In this document: positions 12,765 through 26,165 of the stretch, one piece after another | Position numbering within the stretch: position 1 is the first letter of the stretch | How the letters are laid out: each line of letters starts with the position of its first letter | NCBI GenBank assembly: GCA_951406725.2 | Contig: OX597827.1 | Coordinates: forward strand, 54,188,001-54,252,000 | DNA length: 64,000 nucleotides | Direction: 5' to 3' | Source: Octopus vulgaris | Taxonomy: Eukaryota | The notes under the pieces: model-generated | Told to the model about the DNA's origin: nothing | The model's database searches: none | The model's input: the letters and a program-made list of their open reading frames with translations, nothing else | Translations under genes and position numbers: made by a program

Positions 12765-14797
12765 AAAGCAATCAGACTGAGAACATTTTACAGTTGAGTT
12801 GACGTTCTAGTTGAAATATATATGAAACAGTGACTGCACTAGTATGATTTTGTAATGCAAATGGACAAGGAATTCTGAATAATAAACGATGGCAGATGAA
12901 GTTGGGGAGAGAAATAGGAAGACATAATGGGGTTAGATTTCATGATGAGATGACAAAATATTGTGTAAAGTGACAACATGATGAATGTCTGTTAGATTTA
13001 CCTAATCTATGTCAGTCTGGGGAAAAAAGTTATCAATAAGGATGATGATCATGATTTAAACATACACACAAAATCTGGTAGCAACAGAATTTGAGTATTT
13101 TGTTGTTTATATAAGTTAGATATGTGTGTATTTGTATGTAGGTGAATGTATACACACATTATGTTTTTGTAGTTTTATAATAAATAAAATACATATTTAC
13201 AAATTATATGTATGTATGTATGTATGTGTATACACACACACACATGCACGCATACATGTATATACCTATATACATGTGCATGTGTGTACACATACACACA
13301 CACACACACATTGTATTTTATATGTAAGTTTATAATTCACATATATGTTATATTTACATATAGATATTGTACATGTGTGAAAATATATACATACACATAT
13401 AAGCATATGTGTGTTTGTGTGTGTGGAGAGAGAGAGAGAGAGATTTACATATTTATATATAATGTATTGTCTCAATGAGTTACCAATGATAATTTTTTTC
13501 CAAAAGCCATAATAAATGTTGTGTTATTAACATAAAAGATTTATGTAGTTACAATTTAAAACAAAACTGAATAAAGTATCTGAGGCCAGAGTTTTTTTTA
13601 TTTTTTGAATAATACTTTGTTACATAATAGAGCATACATATGATCAAAAATAATATAACAGAAGTGTATTTAACTCTGCACATGTCTTTTTATTGTCCAG
13701 TATCACAGTACAATTATTTTAGATTCCAGACATGACCACAGGATAAATTTCTTGCCAAACAAGTACAACAAATGAATTAGTAATCTTTCTGGAAAAAAAA
13801 ATTAAATAAATAAATAAGCACATTGAAATACCATTGTAGTTAAATTGATTCAAATAAAATGTTTCAATTATTATTCATTTTTTCTTTTCTTATTGTTAAA
13901 AGACAATCCATTTCAAGTCTCTAGCGTGAAAAAAATCATAAATTCTATTTGAAATAAGCTGTTGAGAATATAGTGTTTACAATACTGTGGTACCTTTCGA
14001 ACAAATCAGTAACTTCCAATGGGCAGACTATGTTTGCAATTTTGAAATTCTGATTGAAGTCATCTTAGTTTGTTTATGTTATGTATTACTTGTGGGAAAG
14101 CATATGTTTTAATTGCATAATCCGTTCCCCTAACATATAGAACTTTCAAGGCTAATTTTAAAAGAAACCAATACGTTTATCACACAAATTTTTTCAGAGA
14201 CATTATCATTATTAATATTTTCTATTATTAGTTGTCGTAGTATTAGTAATAATGCTGTTGAAAATTCAGCCTTTGGATTTGCTTTTGTTTATTACAGGAA
14301 TAGCTTCTACTAGTTTCTTTTAAACCTTTTCACCTTCATAGAGTGAAAAAAGAAAATTCTTTTTACTGCAAATTTAAAAAGACATTGCAGATGAGAGCTG
14401 TCATCTCTTTCTACTTAGTTAAATCTTACATAAATTACAGATACACAGAGCCTATGTACACTGTAGTTTGGGACATAAATTAACCTGAAATTTTGATTAA
14501 ATGTTTAATTCAGATTAAATTCTGTTCCAGACACCAACTTGATAATATGAACATCATTTTACTTAATTCATTATTTTCAAAATTATTTGAAACAAAGGTA
14601 GTGTATTTCAATAGCATTATGGTGATAAAAGGGTTAATAACTGACTTTTTGGAGTGTAAACTGTTTAACAAGTGCTTATATTATTTTGAGTATACTGAAG
14701 TATATGAAATGATTGTCTTGGAACAATAAACAATCTGCAGCAAATGTGGATCTTTGATTTATGAAACTGTTGTTCAATATTCTATCCATTTTATCTC

Positions 14798-14837
<40 letters not shown>

Positions 14838-15556
14838 AGTCTCAAGACTCACATTTTTAAGTGATGTTTTAAAAATTGCTAATAGATATTAGCAAATTGA
14901 CTTAACTGCTAATATTTCTTATTAATCATAATGGTAGGGATGGGATTATTGTTGTCTATCAACCATGATCAAACAGATCTGTTGTCAAAGATATTCCAGC
15001 CATGACTATGCAGCTTTTCCTCTTAGACACATACTTTATTTCAAATTCAGATTTGTGCTTTTTTTTTTTTTATCATTGGCTGGAATATGAAGGAGATTTA
15101 ACTGCTTTTTCTAGCAAATCAAGTGAACTAGTAGAATTTTTCTGGTATTTGATGTTTGACTATAGTGCAATATCAATTTTGAACCATTGAACAACAAAAC
15201 TAAAATTTGCTACATTACTGCTGTATGTTTGAATATTCAGTACTAATGGTGTTGAGCTATTTGAAGAAAGATAACAATTAATTTTATCAATAATTTCAGT
15301 AGATAAAAATTCCAATTTCTTTTAATTAAATATCTTATAACACACAATCTTTTGAACCAAACTAACATAATAATATATTGTTTGAAAACCTGAAGAATGA
15401 ATTCAGCGATGACAATGATGTCATCGCTAGCAGCAACAGTAATGAACATTATACATTTTTAAATATTTTCCCTTTTGTCATTTGAGATAATACCAATTGC
15501 TGACTAAAATATCGCTCTTAAATCAAATAATTGAAAAACTTTCATTGCGTTTCCCT

Positions 15557-15590
<34 letters not shown>

Positions 15591-15636
15591 AATTAAGAAA
15601 TGGAGTTAAACGCAGGTGTTATTCAAATCTTTATAC

Positions 15637-15722
15637 TTCCGACATACGTTTCAAAGAAAACATTGGTATTATTCCTGAGGGAATAAAATGATGTAAAACA
15701 ATGTAATCATCTCATCAGGGAA
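15637..15722 (-). ncRNA. Type I hammerhead ribozyme (PLE-associated), catalytic core intact
   Basis: Minus strand TTCC-CTGATGA-G[~59-nt branched stem II]-GAAAC-GTAT-GTC-GGAA: stem I UUCC/GGAA, stem III AC/GU, GUC cleavage triplet. Confidence 0.75.
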
Positions 15723-16031
15723 AAAAGAGAAACAAAACACATCAATAAGCCATTTTAACTGAAAGTGATTACTGCATATATGATAAAGCGTACTTTTTTT
15801 AAAAAGTTATTTTTTAAAAAAACGTTAATAGATTTAATGCTAAAGGCAATTTAGAGAAAGAAAGAAATTAACTTGTAATTTTCTGTTAATTTCTTTCTTT
15901 CTCCTCCTCCTCTGACGTTAAATCTATTAACAGTTTTTAAAAAAATAACTTGCCAGCATTCCCTTCATCATATACACAGTAATCACATTCAGTTAAAATG
16001 GCTTATTAGAGTGTTTTGTTTCTCTTTTTTT

Positions 16032-16117
16032 TTCACTGATGAGATGATTACATTGGTTTACATCATTTTATTCCCTCAGGAATAATACCAATGTTTTCTT
16101 CAAAACATATGTCAGAA
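16032..16117 (+). ncRNA. Degenerate mirror copy of the hammerhead ribozyme
   Basis: CTGATGA at 16036-16042, but the GAAAC box reads AAAAC (16102-16106) and stem I is mismatched. Confidence 0.6.
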
Positions 16118-16385
16118 GTATAAAGATTTGAGTAACACCTGTCTTTAACTTCATTTCTTAATTTATCTATGTGATACAAAAACATTTCACTAAATCCTGG
16201 ATTTTCTACGTTTATAAGTAGGCTGTAACATCCTTGGTACTTATGTGAATTTTATGCTACTCTGGTAACTATTTATTTTTTTTCATGTTATTTGTACACA
16301 TAGATGGTGGTGCCCCAGCATGGCTACAGCTCGTGAGCTGAAACTAGATAAAATTTAAAAAATAAAATAAAAATTGAAAAAAATT

Positions 16386-16460
<75 letters not shown>

Positions 16461-18689
16461 AGAGAGAAAGAGAGAGAGAGCTTTAATTATTTTAAATTCA
16501 TAACTAGCATTCCTGTGTAATGACCACCAGATATAACAGTTGTAATCTGTATCTTATTTGTATCCGTTATGCAGGCATATTTGGTAATATCTAATATTAA
16601 CTGAAATAAAGAAGTAAGTAGTTCAACAGATGTGGTAACAAAAGGGTTAAAAGTATGGATACATCTGGTTCTGTTGTGCCTTTGCAATCTTTCCTATAAA
16701 TAGCATGTAAATACCTTTGGCAACATTGTCTCATTTCATGGAAGGGTAGAACCATGCAGACTTTTCTGGATAGCTGCTAATAATGTGGGAGATTATCTCC
16801 CTCACTTGTATGCACAATCAACATTTACTATCACAACACAGGGATTTGGAAAAATCTTTATCGGTAACAACCTCTTGTTCCTGGATATTGAAGGTTTCCA
16901 TATAGAGGAAGTTATCAAAGAAAAATTTATCAAAGAACGTTAAATCCACAACCACAAAGTCAAGTTTGGATTAAAGCTCTTAATATCCATTACCTAATTG
17001 TCCTATGGGACAATGGAATAGTGAATGTAGGCATTGATTAAGTGTTTAGACCATTCAATGTAGTAGTTTAGCTAAGAGGCCTGAGTTCAGTCTCTGAATC
17101 TGTCAAACAATATCACAGAAGAGAGAATAATTGATAGAAAACTATACCTGGTATGGACAACTGCTGTAGCAGTAGTTGTTGATGTTGTTATCTTTCATCA
17201 TCTTTAAGCCATAGAATCTGGGGAAAATATTAAAACTCTGAGAGTTCCTAGTGACCAATGACATGTATCAATCTGTCCTTATTCCTATATAATTTAATTT
17301 CATATTTTACTTCTCCTGACGTACCATGCCTTAGCTCTCAGAGTACAAGTAGAAGTTGGTTATAGATGACCAACAACCTTTCCAAAAGTAATGCCATTAC
17401 AAGTTTGATTAACAACTCATATTTTAGGTAAAAAATTGTTTTTCACAACATTTGAGCTCCTATCAAAATTCATATGAATCCATTAAGTTTTCAGTCAATA
17501 ATCGCACCAGTTTTTATTTTTATTGACTTTTCAAATCTTTAGAACAAATTAGATCAATATTTAAAAATGTCAGTATTTATAACAGAAAACATTACTCTTG
17601 GTTTATTTTAAATTTCTATTTTGAATAATGTACCTGAACTTCCTTAGAACTAATTTAACGCTCAGATATCTATTTTAAAGTTAGTATCTATTTTCTGTGA
17701 CAAAATAATAGGTTTGGATATTTTCCACTCAGGATAAAACTTAAAATGAATTCTTTTATAATAAAGAAAATGACTCAAAAATAAAATTTCTATTCTTTTA
17801 AATATTTTTTTCTTTTTTTACATTTTGTACTATAATTTTGCTTCATACAGACATCATTCAGTAATGTTCATCCTCTGAGTTCTTGATTTATTTCTGATAC
17901 TGTCAATATTATCTGTATTTGGCAGCAAAATCTCTCATCCCATTGTTGCTACATTATTTCCCCTTTCTTCATTCCTGTATTAGAAAACTCTAACTTTTCT
18001 TTGTAGCAAAGGCCAACCAAAAGAAAAGAAATATAGAATCTCTTCAAATATGGAAGATTTTTACAGAAACTCTTCTTTATTATAGTTCTGTGTATCCAGA
18101 TTTTAAAATAGATCACAAAAAGTAGAAATTTATATCAGTTACTACTAACTATTCTTCAGAATGCAGAATGCTTTACTTGACTGTTTTCTCATATTATCTT
18201 AAACGCTATAATCCAAATGAGCTGGTTATAAAGTATGTTTATATTTCTATTTCTGTTTCATGGCTGTATAGTTAAGACACTCATTTCACAACCATGGTTT
18301 CAGATTCAGTCCCACTGTGAGGTACCTTGGGAAAACGTCTTCCTCTATAGCTCAAGCTAATTAACGCCTTGTGAGAAAATTTGAAAGACAGAGACTGTAG
18401 GGAGTCAGTGTGTGTATGTGTGTTTGTGTGTGTGAATGTTGACATCCCATGAATCAAGTGAAACAGTGATATGGACTTTACATTCCTTATTGACATTGAA
18501 GACTTGTGAAATGAAAAAAAACGGGATCCCTTACTTGAAAAACAGGTAAGGCTTCACAAAAAGGGAGGGCATCTGGCCATAAATTGTTGCCTCAGGTATG
18601 TTCCCATCTATCTTTTTTTTGTTGCTATCTTTTTTTTTTGTCTCTCCAAAACATCCAAGATGCATCTAATATCAAAAATGTTGCATCAA

Positions 18690-18890
18690 TGGCACCCATG
18701 CTAGTGGCACATAAAAAGCACCCACTACACACTTGGAGTGATTGGCATTAGGAAGGGCATCCAGCTGTAGAAACCTTGCCAAATCAGACTGGAACTTGGT
18801 GCAACTCCCCAGCTTACCAGTTTTCAGTCAAACCATCCAACTCATGCCAGCATGGAAAACAAACATTAAATGACGATGATGATGATGATG
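18690..18890 (+). mobile_element. Retroposon 3' portion with RTE-type tail
   Basis: AAAAGCACCCACTACAC...AGGAAGGGCATCCAGCTGTAGAAAC...CATGCCAGCATGGAAAAC...(GAT)n. Confidence 0.8.
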
Positions 18891-19269
18891 TAGTGGTATA
18901 ATCTAAGTAAATTAGTTTCAAAAATGTATCGGTAATAATGAATGCAAGGTTACTTTTGATCTTTGATTAGATACAAGGTCAGTGTTTGCAGGAGATGGCA
19001 AATATCAGTTGTAGTGGCTGTAGTATAATAATGATACTTACTTTATCAGCCCCAAATGAATAAGAGGTAAACGAGACTTTGTTGGGATTTAAAATTAGAA
19101 GTAAAATTCTTTATTTCTTTGGCTATCTTCATCATTCTCATTATTTAAAACAATATCTTTTATTGGAACAGGGTTATGAATTTGTTTGAGAGAATGTGTT
19201 GATTCCAGCACATGTCTGGTGAAGATAAAGATGAAAGCAACCCTAAAAAGATTTGAACTCAAAATATTA

Positions 19270-19480
19270 GTTTCCAGTTTTGGCACAATGCCAATATTTT
19301 CAGAGGATAGGTAACTCAATTGCATCAACTTCAGTGCTCTACTAGTACTTATTTTATCAACATCAAAAGATGAAAGGCAAAGTCCACCTTGGCGGAATTT
19401 CAACTCAGAACATAAAGACAGACGAAATGCCACTAAGTATTTTACCTGGTATGCTAATGATTCTGCTAACTCACTACCTT
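19270..19480 (-). mobile_element. Meta-like SINE
   Basis: GATGAAAGGCAAAGTCCACCTTGGCGGAATTTCAACTCAGAAC is the reverse complement of the family core. Confidence 0.75.
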
Positions 19481-20188
19481 ATTGAAACTCAAAATATTGA
19501 GATGAATCTATGAATTGTAAGTTATTTAGTTTGGTGCTCTGTCATATGTCATCCTAGTCCTTTATCTTTTAAAAACAATAACGGTGGTTTCCTATTTACA
19601 CATGAAACCTCTTTTTGATAGACAGCTGCTACAGTTGAAACCATTTCTCAAGGACACAACATTAAATAGAATATTTTTCTTCTTGACATTATACTTCTTA
19701 CTCTATGCAGAGAACAAATAATTAAACCAAACATTAAACATTTCAGTGTGAATAACTAGTCACCAGCAATATGCATGTTTGTGTGTATGTGTGTGCAAGA
19801 GCACATATCATTTTGTGCATATGCTTTTGCACACAAGCACACAAAATAATCATGCTCAAATTATTCTTAACGAATTTACCAGTGAAAATTCTTTCATATA
19901 ACTTTTCTTTCACTAATTGAATTCAAAATTCTTCATAGTATCAAATTAATTGATGATTTTATTTTTCTCTTAGGTTTCACAGGAAGCTACTACTTGTCAT
20001 TTTGTATCGATACATTGCATGACATTTCTGTCATTTCCACCCTATGGTAACAGGAAACCTTAAAAGTCTGCATGATTTACTTGAAATAAAAGTTATCCTA
20101 TAAAATTGCACATTCATTCTGCACTACTCTCACATCTTTTCTTCTTCAATTCTGACATATTTTCCCCTCTTTATTACTATTACACACA

Positions 20189-20298
<110 letters not shown>

Positions 20299-21959
20299 AC
20301 TTTCTTCTCTCCCTTCCTCCTGTTCTTTCTTATCAGTATTATTATTATTGTTGCTGTTGTTGATTTTACTCAGGTTCATTCTTATTCCTGGTAGAATTTA
20401 TGTAGGTAGTTGGTTATTACCTGTAACCTCAGGTACCCACAAGCTTTCAACAGTGTTTCAAGTACTTAAGGCCCTGCTGATAATCTTTATTATTATTATT
20501 ATTATTATTATTGTAAGATGGCCAACTCTTTTGGAACTTGAACCTAGAAAACAGAGTGAGAAAACTATATACTATAAAACATTCAATCCAGCAGACTACT
20601 ACTGCATCCAATAACCCAATGCTACTAATATAAACTCTTTCACCTATTCAGGTATTTCCATTTTGATATAACTAATTAGGAAGTCCATTTCAAGGCATGT
20701 TACACACCTTACAGGTTTCTTTCAATTGAACACATATCCAGTCTTTACTGGAGAGGTGTGTGTGTATAAAGTTGCTTGAATCACTTGCAATATATTATTA
20801 TTGATTTTATAAGCTATCTAGTGATAAAGAGCTTAGTTAGCTTTGATGACTTGGAAGTGTCAAATTAAATAGCATAAAATATCTTTTATGAAGTGGATTT
20901 GCTTCAATCAGAAATTGAAACTGGTTCTCAGATTCAGATTGCCTAGAGTATTTCTTGTCCTTTACAATAGTGTTATCGATGTTCTTACCAATGGGTAGTG
21001 GATTTTACATCCAGTAGTACTTAGTACTTGATTTTCTGTTTTCATTTGCCTTCCATATATTTATTAAGTATAAGTTTGATTATCAATTGCTAGAAATTAA
21101 TTCAAATTGGCAGAGGACTACAAAATTTATTAGAGTATATCAGTTTATGTGTTACAAATTCAAATTAGTAACAGATACTTTTGTTTTAATTCTGGGTCGT
21201 AAGGGAAAATGTAATGGTCATTCCAGGAACAAGCATACCAGAAAAAAGTGATTAGAAATCTCCCTAGTGTATCTTTTCCAAAAATATTCAGCAAATATAT
21301 AGTCTACAGTATCTTCTTGAATCACGGTTGACTTGTCATGTATATAACTGTGGGTAATGTTTGCATATACATTTGTTTAGTTATTAATTCATCATCATTT
21401 TACATCTGCTTTCTATGCTGACATGGGTAGGGTGGCTGGAAAGAATTCAATGATTTGGATGACCATGTTTTTGCAACCACTTCACAGGGTGTACTGGGTG
21501 CTTTTTTTTTTTTTTAGCACTTGCACTATTGAGGTTACTCTGCCAATAGCGAGACTAAAGAGGCTTATCAAGTCCTGCTGCGCAGATTGGTTATTGAACA
21601 CTTAGTGTACTGGGTACTTTTTGTAACACCTTCACTGTTGGGATTGCCTTGTAGTTTGCAATATGAAAGAGAGCACTCCATGATGGAAAGGATCATATTT
21701 CATATTAAGTGTGAGAGGATAGTTAGGGAGGAAATAATAGAGCAAATAGTTTTAGGATGAATGTAGTGGAGACAGAGTTGGAAGAAGAGAATAATAACAT
21801 CAGTGGTTATTAAGAAGGAAAGGGGTTAGGACAATATGATAATTGTAATGGGATGGGTCAAGTGGGTGATGGAGGAGTGAGGAGGAAAAGAGGAATGTCT
21901 GAGGTTAGTTTGAAAGAGAGGAGTAATTAATATTGTTGCATGACTATGTATGGAATTAA

Positions 21960-22700
21960 CCAAAAAAGTACTCAATACAATGAATCAGAGTAGAAGAATA
22001 CTTATTCAAAGCTGTGTTTGAGTGAGCTGCTATTGAAGTTTTGCATTTACACTTAAGTCAGATCCTTTACTTAAATGTTCTCAACCAATATTTATCATCC
22101 TATGAGACTATTGCTGATGTTATTTTCAGATATTTATCTGTTAAGTAATTACTGCCACATTTTGATGAAGTCAGCACCAGGCTCACTGGTTAGATATTCA
22201 GTTACTGTTATATGCACAATCTGTTAAATTTTTCTAAATTTCCTCTGCGATTTTTTGTTTATTATAAAACTTTATTCCATAGCAGCTTATGGTTCTCCTT
22301 GACACACCATATATGTTCTGCAATTCCTGACAGTGATGTTTCTCCTCTCATCAGGGCTTTTTTGATGTTTTACTTTTCCAGTCTTTAGAGGGTATCTTGT
22401 TTCATGAGTATAGAACCTTTCATAACTGTATGGGATGTTATGTAATTCTTTGATTCATTCAATTAATGGGCGAGTTTGACTCTTGGGAGGAAACTGCAGA
22501 AGGCAGTATTACTAAAACTATTCTGATGTCATATTTTCCCAGAATTTTTGTGTAATTTTCTCAGACAGTCTATTATTACTTGTTTTTTTTATACTCCTTA
22601 GTTCTAGTGAGACTTGCATTCATATAGAGTTCAGTGTAAACGTGTTCTGAGTTATGACAGCCACTTCTCTTTGTTTCAACAACATATCAAGGAAAACCGT
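21960..22700 (-). pseudogene. Penelope-like element remnant, GIY-YIG endonuclease region
   Basis: Minus translation with frameshift SYERFYTHETRYPLKTGKVKHQK/KALMRGETSLSGIAEHIWCVKENHKLLWNKV resembles the PLE Y.GET.RPL..R..EH...SG.A.H.W motif. Confidence 0.65.
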
Positions 22701-22739
22701 TTTTAAAGTAAATACTTTACTTTAATAGTAACAATGGCT

Positions 22740-22950
22740 TCAAATTTTGGTACAAAGCCAGCAATATCAGTGGTGGGGTAAGTCGATTACATCAAACCCA
22801 GTATTTAGATGGTACTTATCTTATCCACTCTGAAAGGATGAAAGGCAAAGTGGACATAGACAGAATTTGAACTCAGAAGAAAGAAACAGACGAAATATCA
22901 CTAAGCATTTTGCCTAGCATGCAAACAATTCAGCCAGCTCACTGCCTTAA
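22740..22950 (-). mobile_element. Meta-like SINE
   Basis: AAAGGATGAAAGGCAAAGT...AATTTGAACTCAGAA...CTAAGCATTTTGCC...GCCAGCTCACTGCC. Confidence 0.8.
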
Positions 22951-23284
22951 CTTTGATAGTAATAATATCTTGTAACTTGAGTATACCCCCATCCAACATT
23001 ACATCCTCACCATCTTCTCTTCATACCGCCCCCCCTCTCTCTCTCCAACTGAGATAGCCATGTTTCTTCTCTACTGCAAGATACTTGTTTCTGTCTTATT
23101 CATACTCTCATCACCTGGCACAAAGCCACCTCCCTCAATATTACTTGCCTCATGCAAGTTAGTTGGTGGCCTCACAGCTGCAGGTTCCATAGAAAAGCAC
23201 TCGGTACACTCTGTGAAGTGTTTGGCATTAAGAAGAGCACCCAGCCATAGAAACCATGTCAAAACAAACAGTAGAGTTCAGTGC

Positions 23285-23805
23285 AGGAGTTCAAATTCCA
23301 CCGATGTCAACTTTGCCTTTCATCCTTTTGGGGTTAATAAATGAAGTACCAGTTGAACACTGGGGTCAATGTAATCAACTCATCCCCTCCCTCAAAATGG
23401 CTGCCCTTGTGGCAAAATTTGAAGCTATTATTATTATTATCTTCATCATCATTATCATCATCATCATCATCAATCTTTACATTCGGAAGGCAAATTCCAC
23501 CAAAGTCAACATTGCCTTTCATCCTTAAAATAAGTACTGGTACAATGAAATAAATACCAGTCAAGTGCTAAAGTTGAGGAAATTTTCAGCCCTTGTGTTT
23601 ATAGTAGAAAGAATTAGCAAAATCATTAACATCCAAGAAAAATGCTTAGTCACTCATCTTTACAATTTGAGTTCAAATTCCACTGACGTTGACTTTGCTT
23701 TTTTTCTTTCAGGTTTGATAAAATAAGTACTGGTTGAGTTCTGGGGTTGATTAGCTCGCTTCCCCACTAAAAATTTCAGGCATTGTGCCTATAGTAGAAA
23801 GGATC
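23285..23805 (+). mobile_element. Cluster of three partial Meta-like SINE copies in tandem
   Basis: (GAGTT)CAAATTCCAC..G.T.ACTTTGCCTTT core repeated at about 23288, 23490 and 23670. Confidence 0.75.
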
Positions 23806-24329
23806 ATCGTCATGTTGAAGAAAATAAACATCATAAAGGAATTTAGTTTCTACTTGGAAATGAAAACAGGCTTCAGGGGTCTGGTTCACTGGAACTTTTC
23901 TCTACAGCAATAATGATATTGTTGTTTATGAGAATAACGACAAGGACATTTTGCTATTGCACATGTGCTTTATTTTGGTGGGGAGAGGAAAAGGCATAAT
24001 TGGGAGAACAGAACCAGCAGTATGTTGCTGGTACTTGGTTCATCTGTGCAAAAAAGCTGAAAGCTGAAGTAAACTTCATTAATTATAATTTAAACCACCG
24101 ACTGTAAGTTATGAAATGTGGGTAGTCATTTCAGTAACCATTTCTAGAATATCTTTTGAAATCATTTAATTATTAGGGTGCTTAATTTGGATTTTATTTA
24201 AACTAAATACGATATGACACACACTCTCTCTCTCTCTCATACTTATGTATAGATATGTACTTATACGTAATGTGTAATAAATACAGTTGCACTTATGCAT
24301 AATGAGTAATAAATATATTTTTCAAATAT

Positions 24330-24828
24330 ATCGCCGAGACCTTTGCCAATATGCCGTGCTTGACAAGACCTACGAAGCCAAGTGAAATCATAGTCAAGGC
24401 CAGTGCCAGTGTCATGTAACTGGCACCTGTACCGGCAACACATAAAAAGCAGCCTTTGAATATTAGGCCTCACAGAGACAACAAGTGACCGAGATATTTG
24501 ATGATATACCATACTTGAGAAGACCTGTCAAGCTAAGTGAAATCGTAGTCATGACCGATGCCAGTGGCATGTAAAAAGCACCCATTACACTCTTGGAGTG
24601 GTTGACATTAGGCCAAAGTTTAACTTAATTCTTAAATTAAATGTTTTTATATTCAGGACATAGAAGCACAATATTTATGAAATGTATAATGGTTTGTAAA
24701 TTCAATTGAATATAAATATGTTGTACCACTAGGAAACTGGTGTAGCCCTATAGCTTACCAGTTTCAGTCAAATTGTCTAACCCATGCCAGCATGGGAAGC
24801 AGATGCTAAATGATGATGATGATGATGA
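24330..24828 (+). mobile_element. RTE-tail retroposon with two tandem subunits, interrupted by an AT-rich segment (about 24612-24730)
   Basis: CCGAGA..TTG...GCTTGA.AAGACC...AAGTGAAATC.TAGTC...GCCAGTG occurs twice; tail resumes at about 24733. Confidence 0.6.
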
Positions 24829-25961
24829 GTGGAAAATAGGCTCATTAAAATGTGAAAATGCATTACTCATACATAGAGATATTGCAAGCAGATATTGCAG
24901 GATTTCGATTAATCATTATTTGTATGATCAGTATGAAAATTTGTATATTGAATTACATTTAATAGTTTTAAATAAACCGGGGGGCAAAAGTTTCAATATT
25001 TCAGAAACAAATTTTTTCCTCACTTCTACACAAAATGTTATCTAATGTTTGTTAACTGCCATAGCAACTGAGAAAACATTTGAACAACTATACACTTTCT
25101 TATGCTCTTTACTGAATGATTTCATATTTTTGTATGGATTGCATGATTTGCCAATTTCAGATATTTATTATATATACTTTTATATACTTTTGCTGATATT
25201 CTAATGCCCTTATTTTACAATACTATCATCATGTTAGTGTTGTGGAATTTTTTTTTTTGTCAATTTGACTGATGTAACTCCATGTATCTTGTTAACAACT
25301 GATTTTTTATCATGATATTTGTGCTAGAATTTCAGCCTCTTTTCTGAGGTCAGCATAAAGCCATTCACTTTCAGCTGTACTGTCTATAAAATTTGGATAG
25401 GGGCCAGTTGCAAGCTATCAGTCTTGTTTTATTCCTTCTTCTTCTCTAATAAGCACACTTTATTGAATCTATAACAAAGACTAATTGAAAATTAAAAAAG
25501 AAAAAGGAAAAAAATTCTGGACATCTCTTCTCTGGCCAATATCCATACATTTCAACACTTGAGTATACAAACTGCCAGAAGTCACAGCCACAAGCCTTTT
25601 ATCCTCTATTTCTAACTTTAACTTATCTCTGCTGTCCAGTTTACACTATATTCCACCTTACTTCCTAAATGAGAGTATTTGTACTTGTTTAGAATATACT
25701 TACCCTTCATTTCTACATGTGTATCTGCAACTTCTGTTGCTCTCCAGACCACTTCAAACACCAGCAAAAGTTAGATATATAATCAATGCAGGACTAGAAG
25801 GAGTCAATTCAAGCTCTGTCTGAAACCATCATCTTCAGTGGTTTTGATACTTGAGACTCCTCTTTGCTTTTTCACATCTTCTACATTATTAGTACAGAAA
25901 CCTAATCATTTATGTTCTGAAATTTTTTGCACCAGTTAGTCACCCTCCTATTACATGTAGG

Positions 25962-26165
25962 TAATATTTATCCACATTTAAACATGGATATTCTGTTAGA
26001 ACAAACTATACTGTGGTAGATACCATTAGAGAAACTCTCATATTGGCTTTTGGTGCCAAGAGGGCATTTTGCACCAAAAGCCAATATGTGAGTTTCTCTC
26101 ATGGTATCTGCCATGGTATAGTTTTTTCTAATAGAACATCCACATTTAAGTGGGGATAAATATTA
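25962..26165. repeat. Fold-back inverted repeat, 95-bp arms, 14-nt loop
   Basis: 25962-26056 pairs with 26071-26165; the 17 bp next to the loop (ATATTGGCTTTTGGTGC/GCACCAAAAGCCAATAT) are perfect. Confidence 0.9.

Larger units (their letters stand above)
15590..16164. repeat. ~575-bp palindrome: inverted Penelope-like element terminal repeats
   Basis: Left arm 15590-15872 is the reverse complement of 15885-16164, with scattered mismatches and two short non-matching patches; contains hammerhead motifs typical of PLE termini. Confidence 0.85.

Noticed and set aside
9570-13478. Multiple 60-130 aa ORFs rich in HT/CV/YI repeats (also 20106-20379, 42760-43067, 50206-50610)
   Set aside because: They are translations of CA/TA/CT microsatellites, not genes.
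22326-22357. Minus-strand CTGATGA-GAGGA-GAAAC...GTC hammerhead-like string
   Set aside because: No stem II pairing, and it falls inside the GIY-YIG coding remnant (ALMRGETSLS), so it is likely coincidental.
23690-23720. tttttctttCAG|GTTTGA AG|GT site
   Set aside because: A mutated SINE core sequence with a weak donor.
25740-25845. Minus-strand CCA-CTGAAGA...GAAGTGGTC-TGG possible decayed hammerhead next to the 26-kb hairpin
   Set aside because: The GAAA box is absent and stem II cannot be drawn; too degenerate to call.
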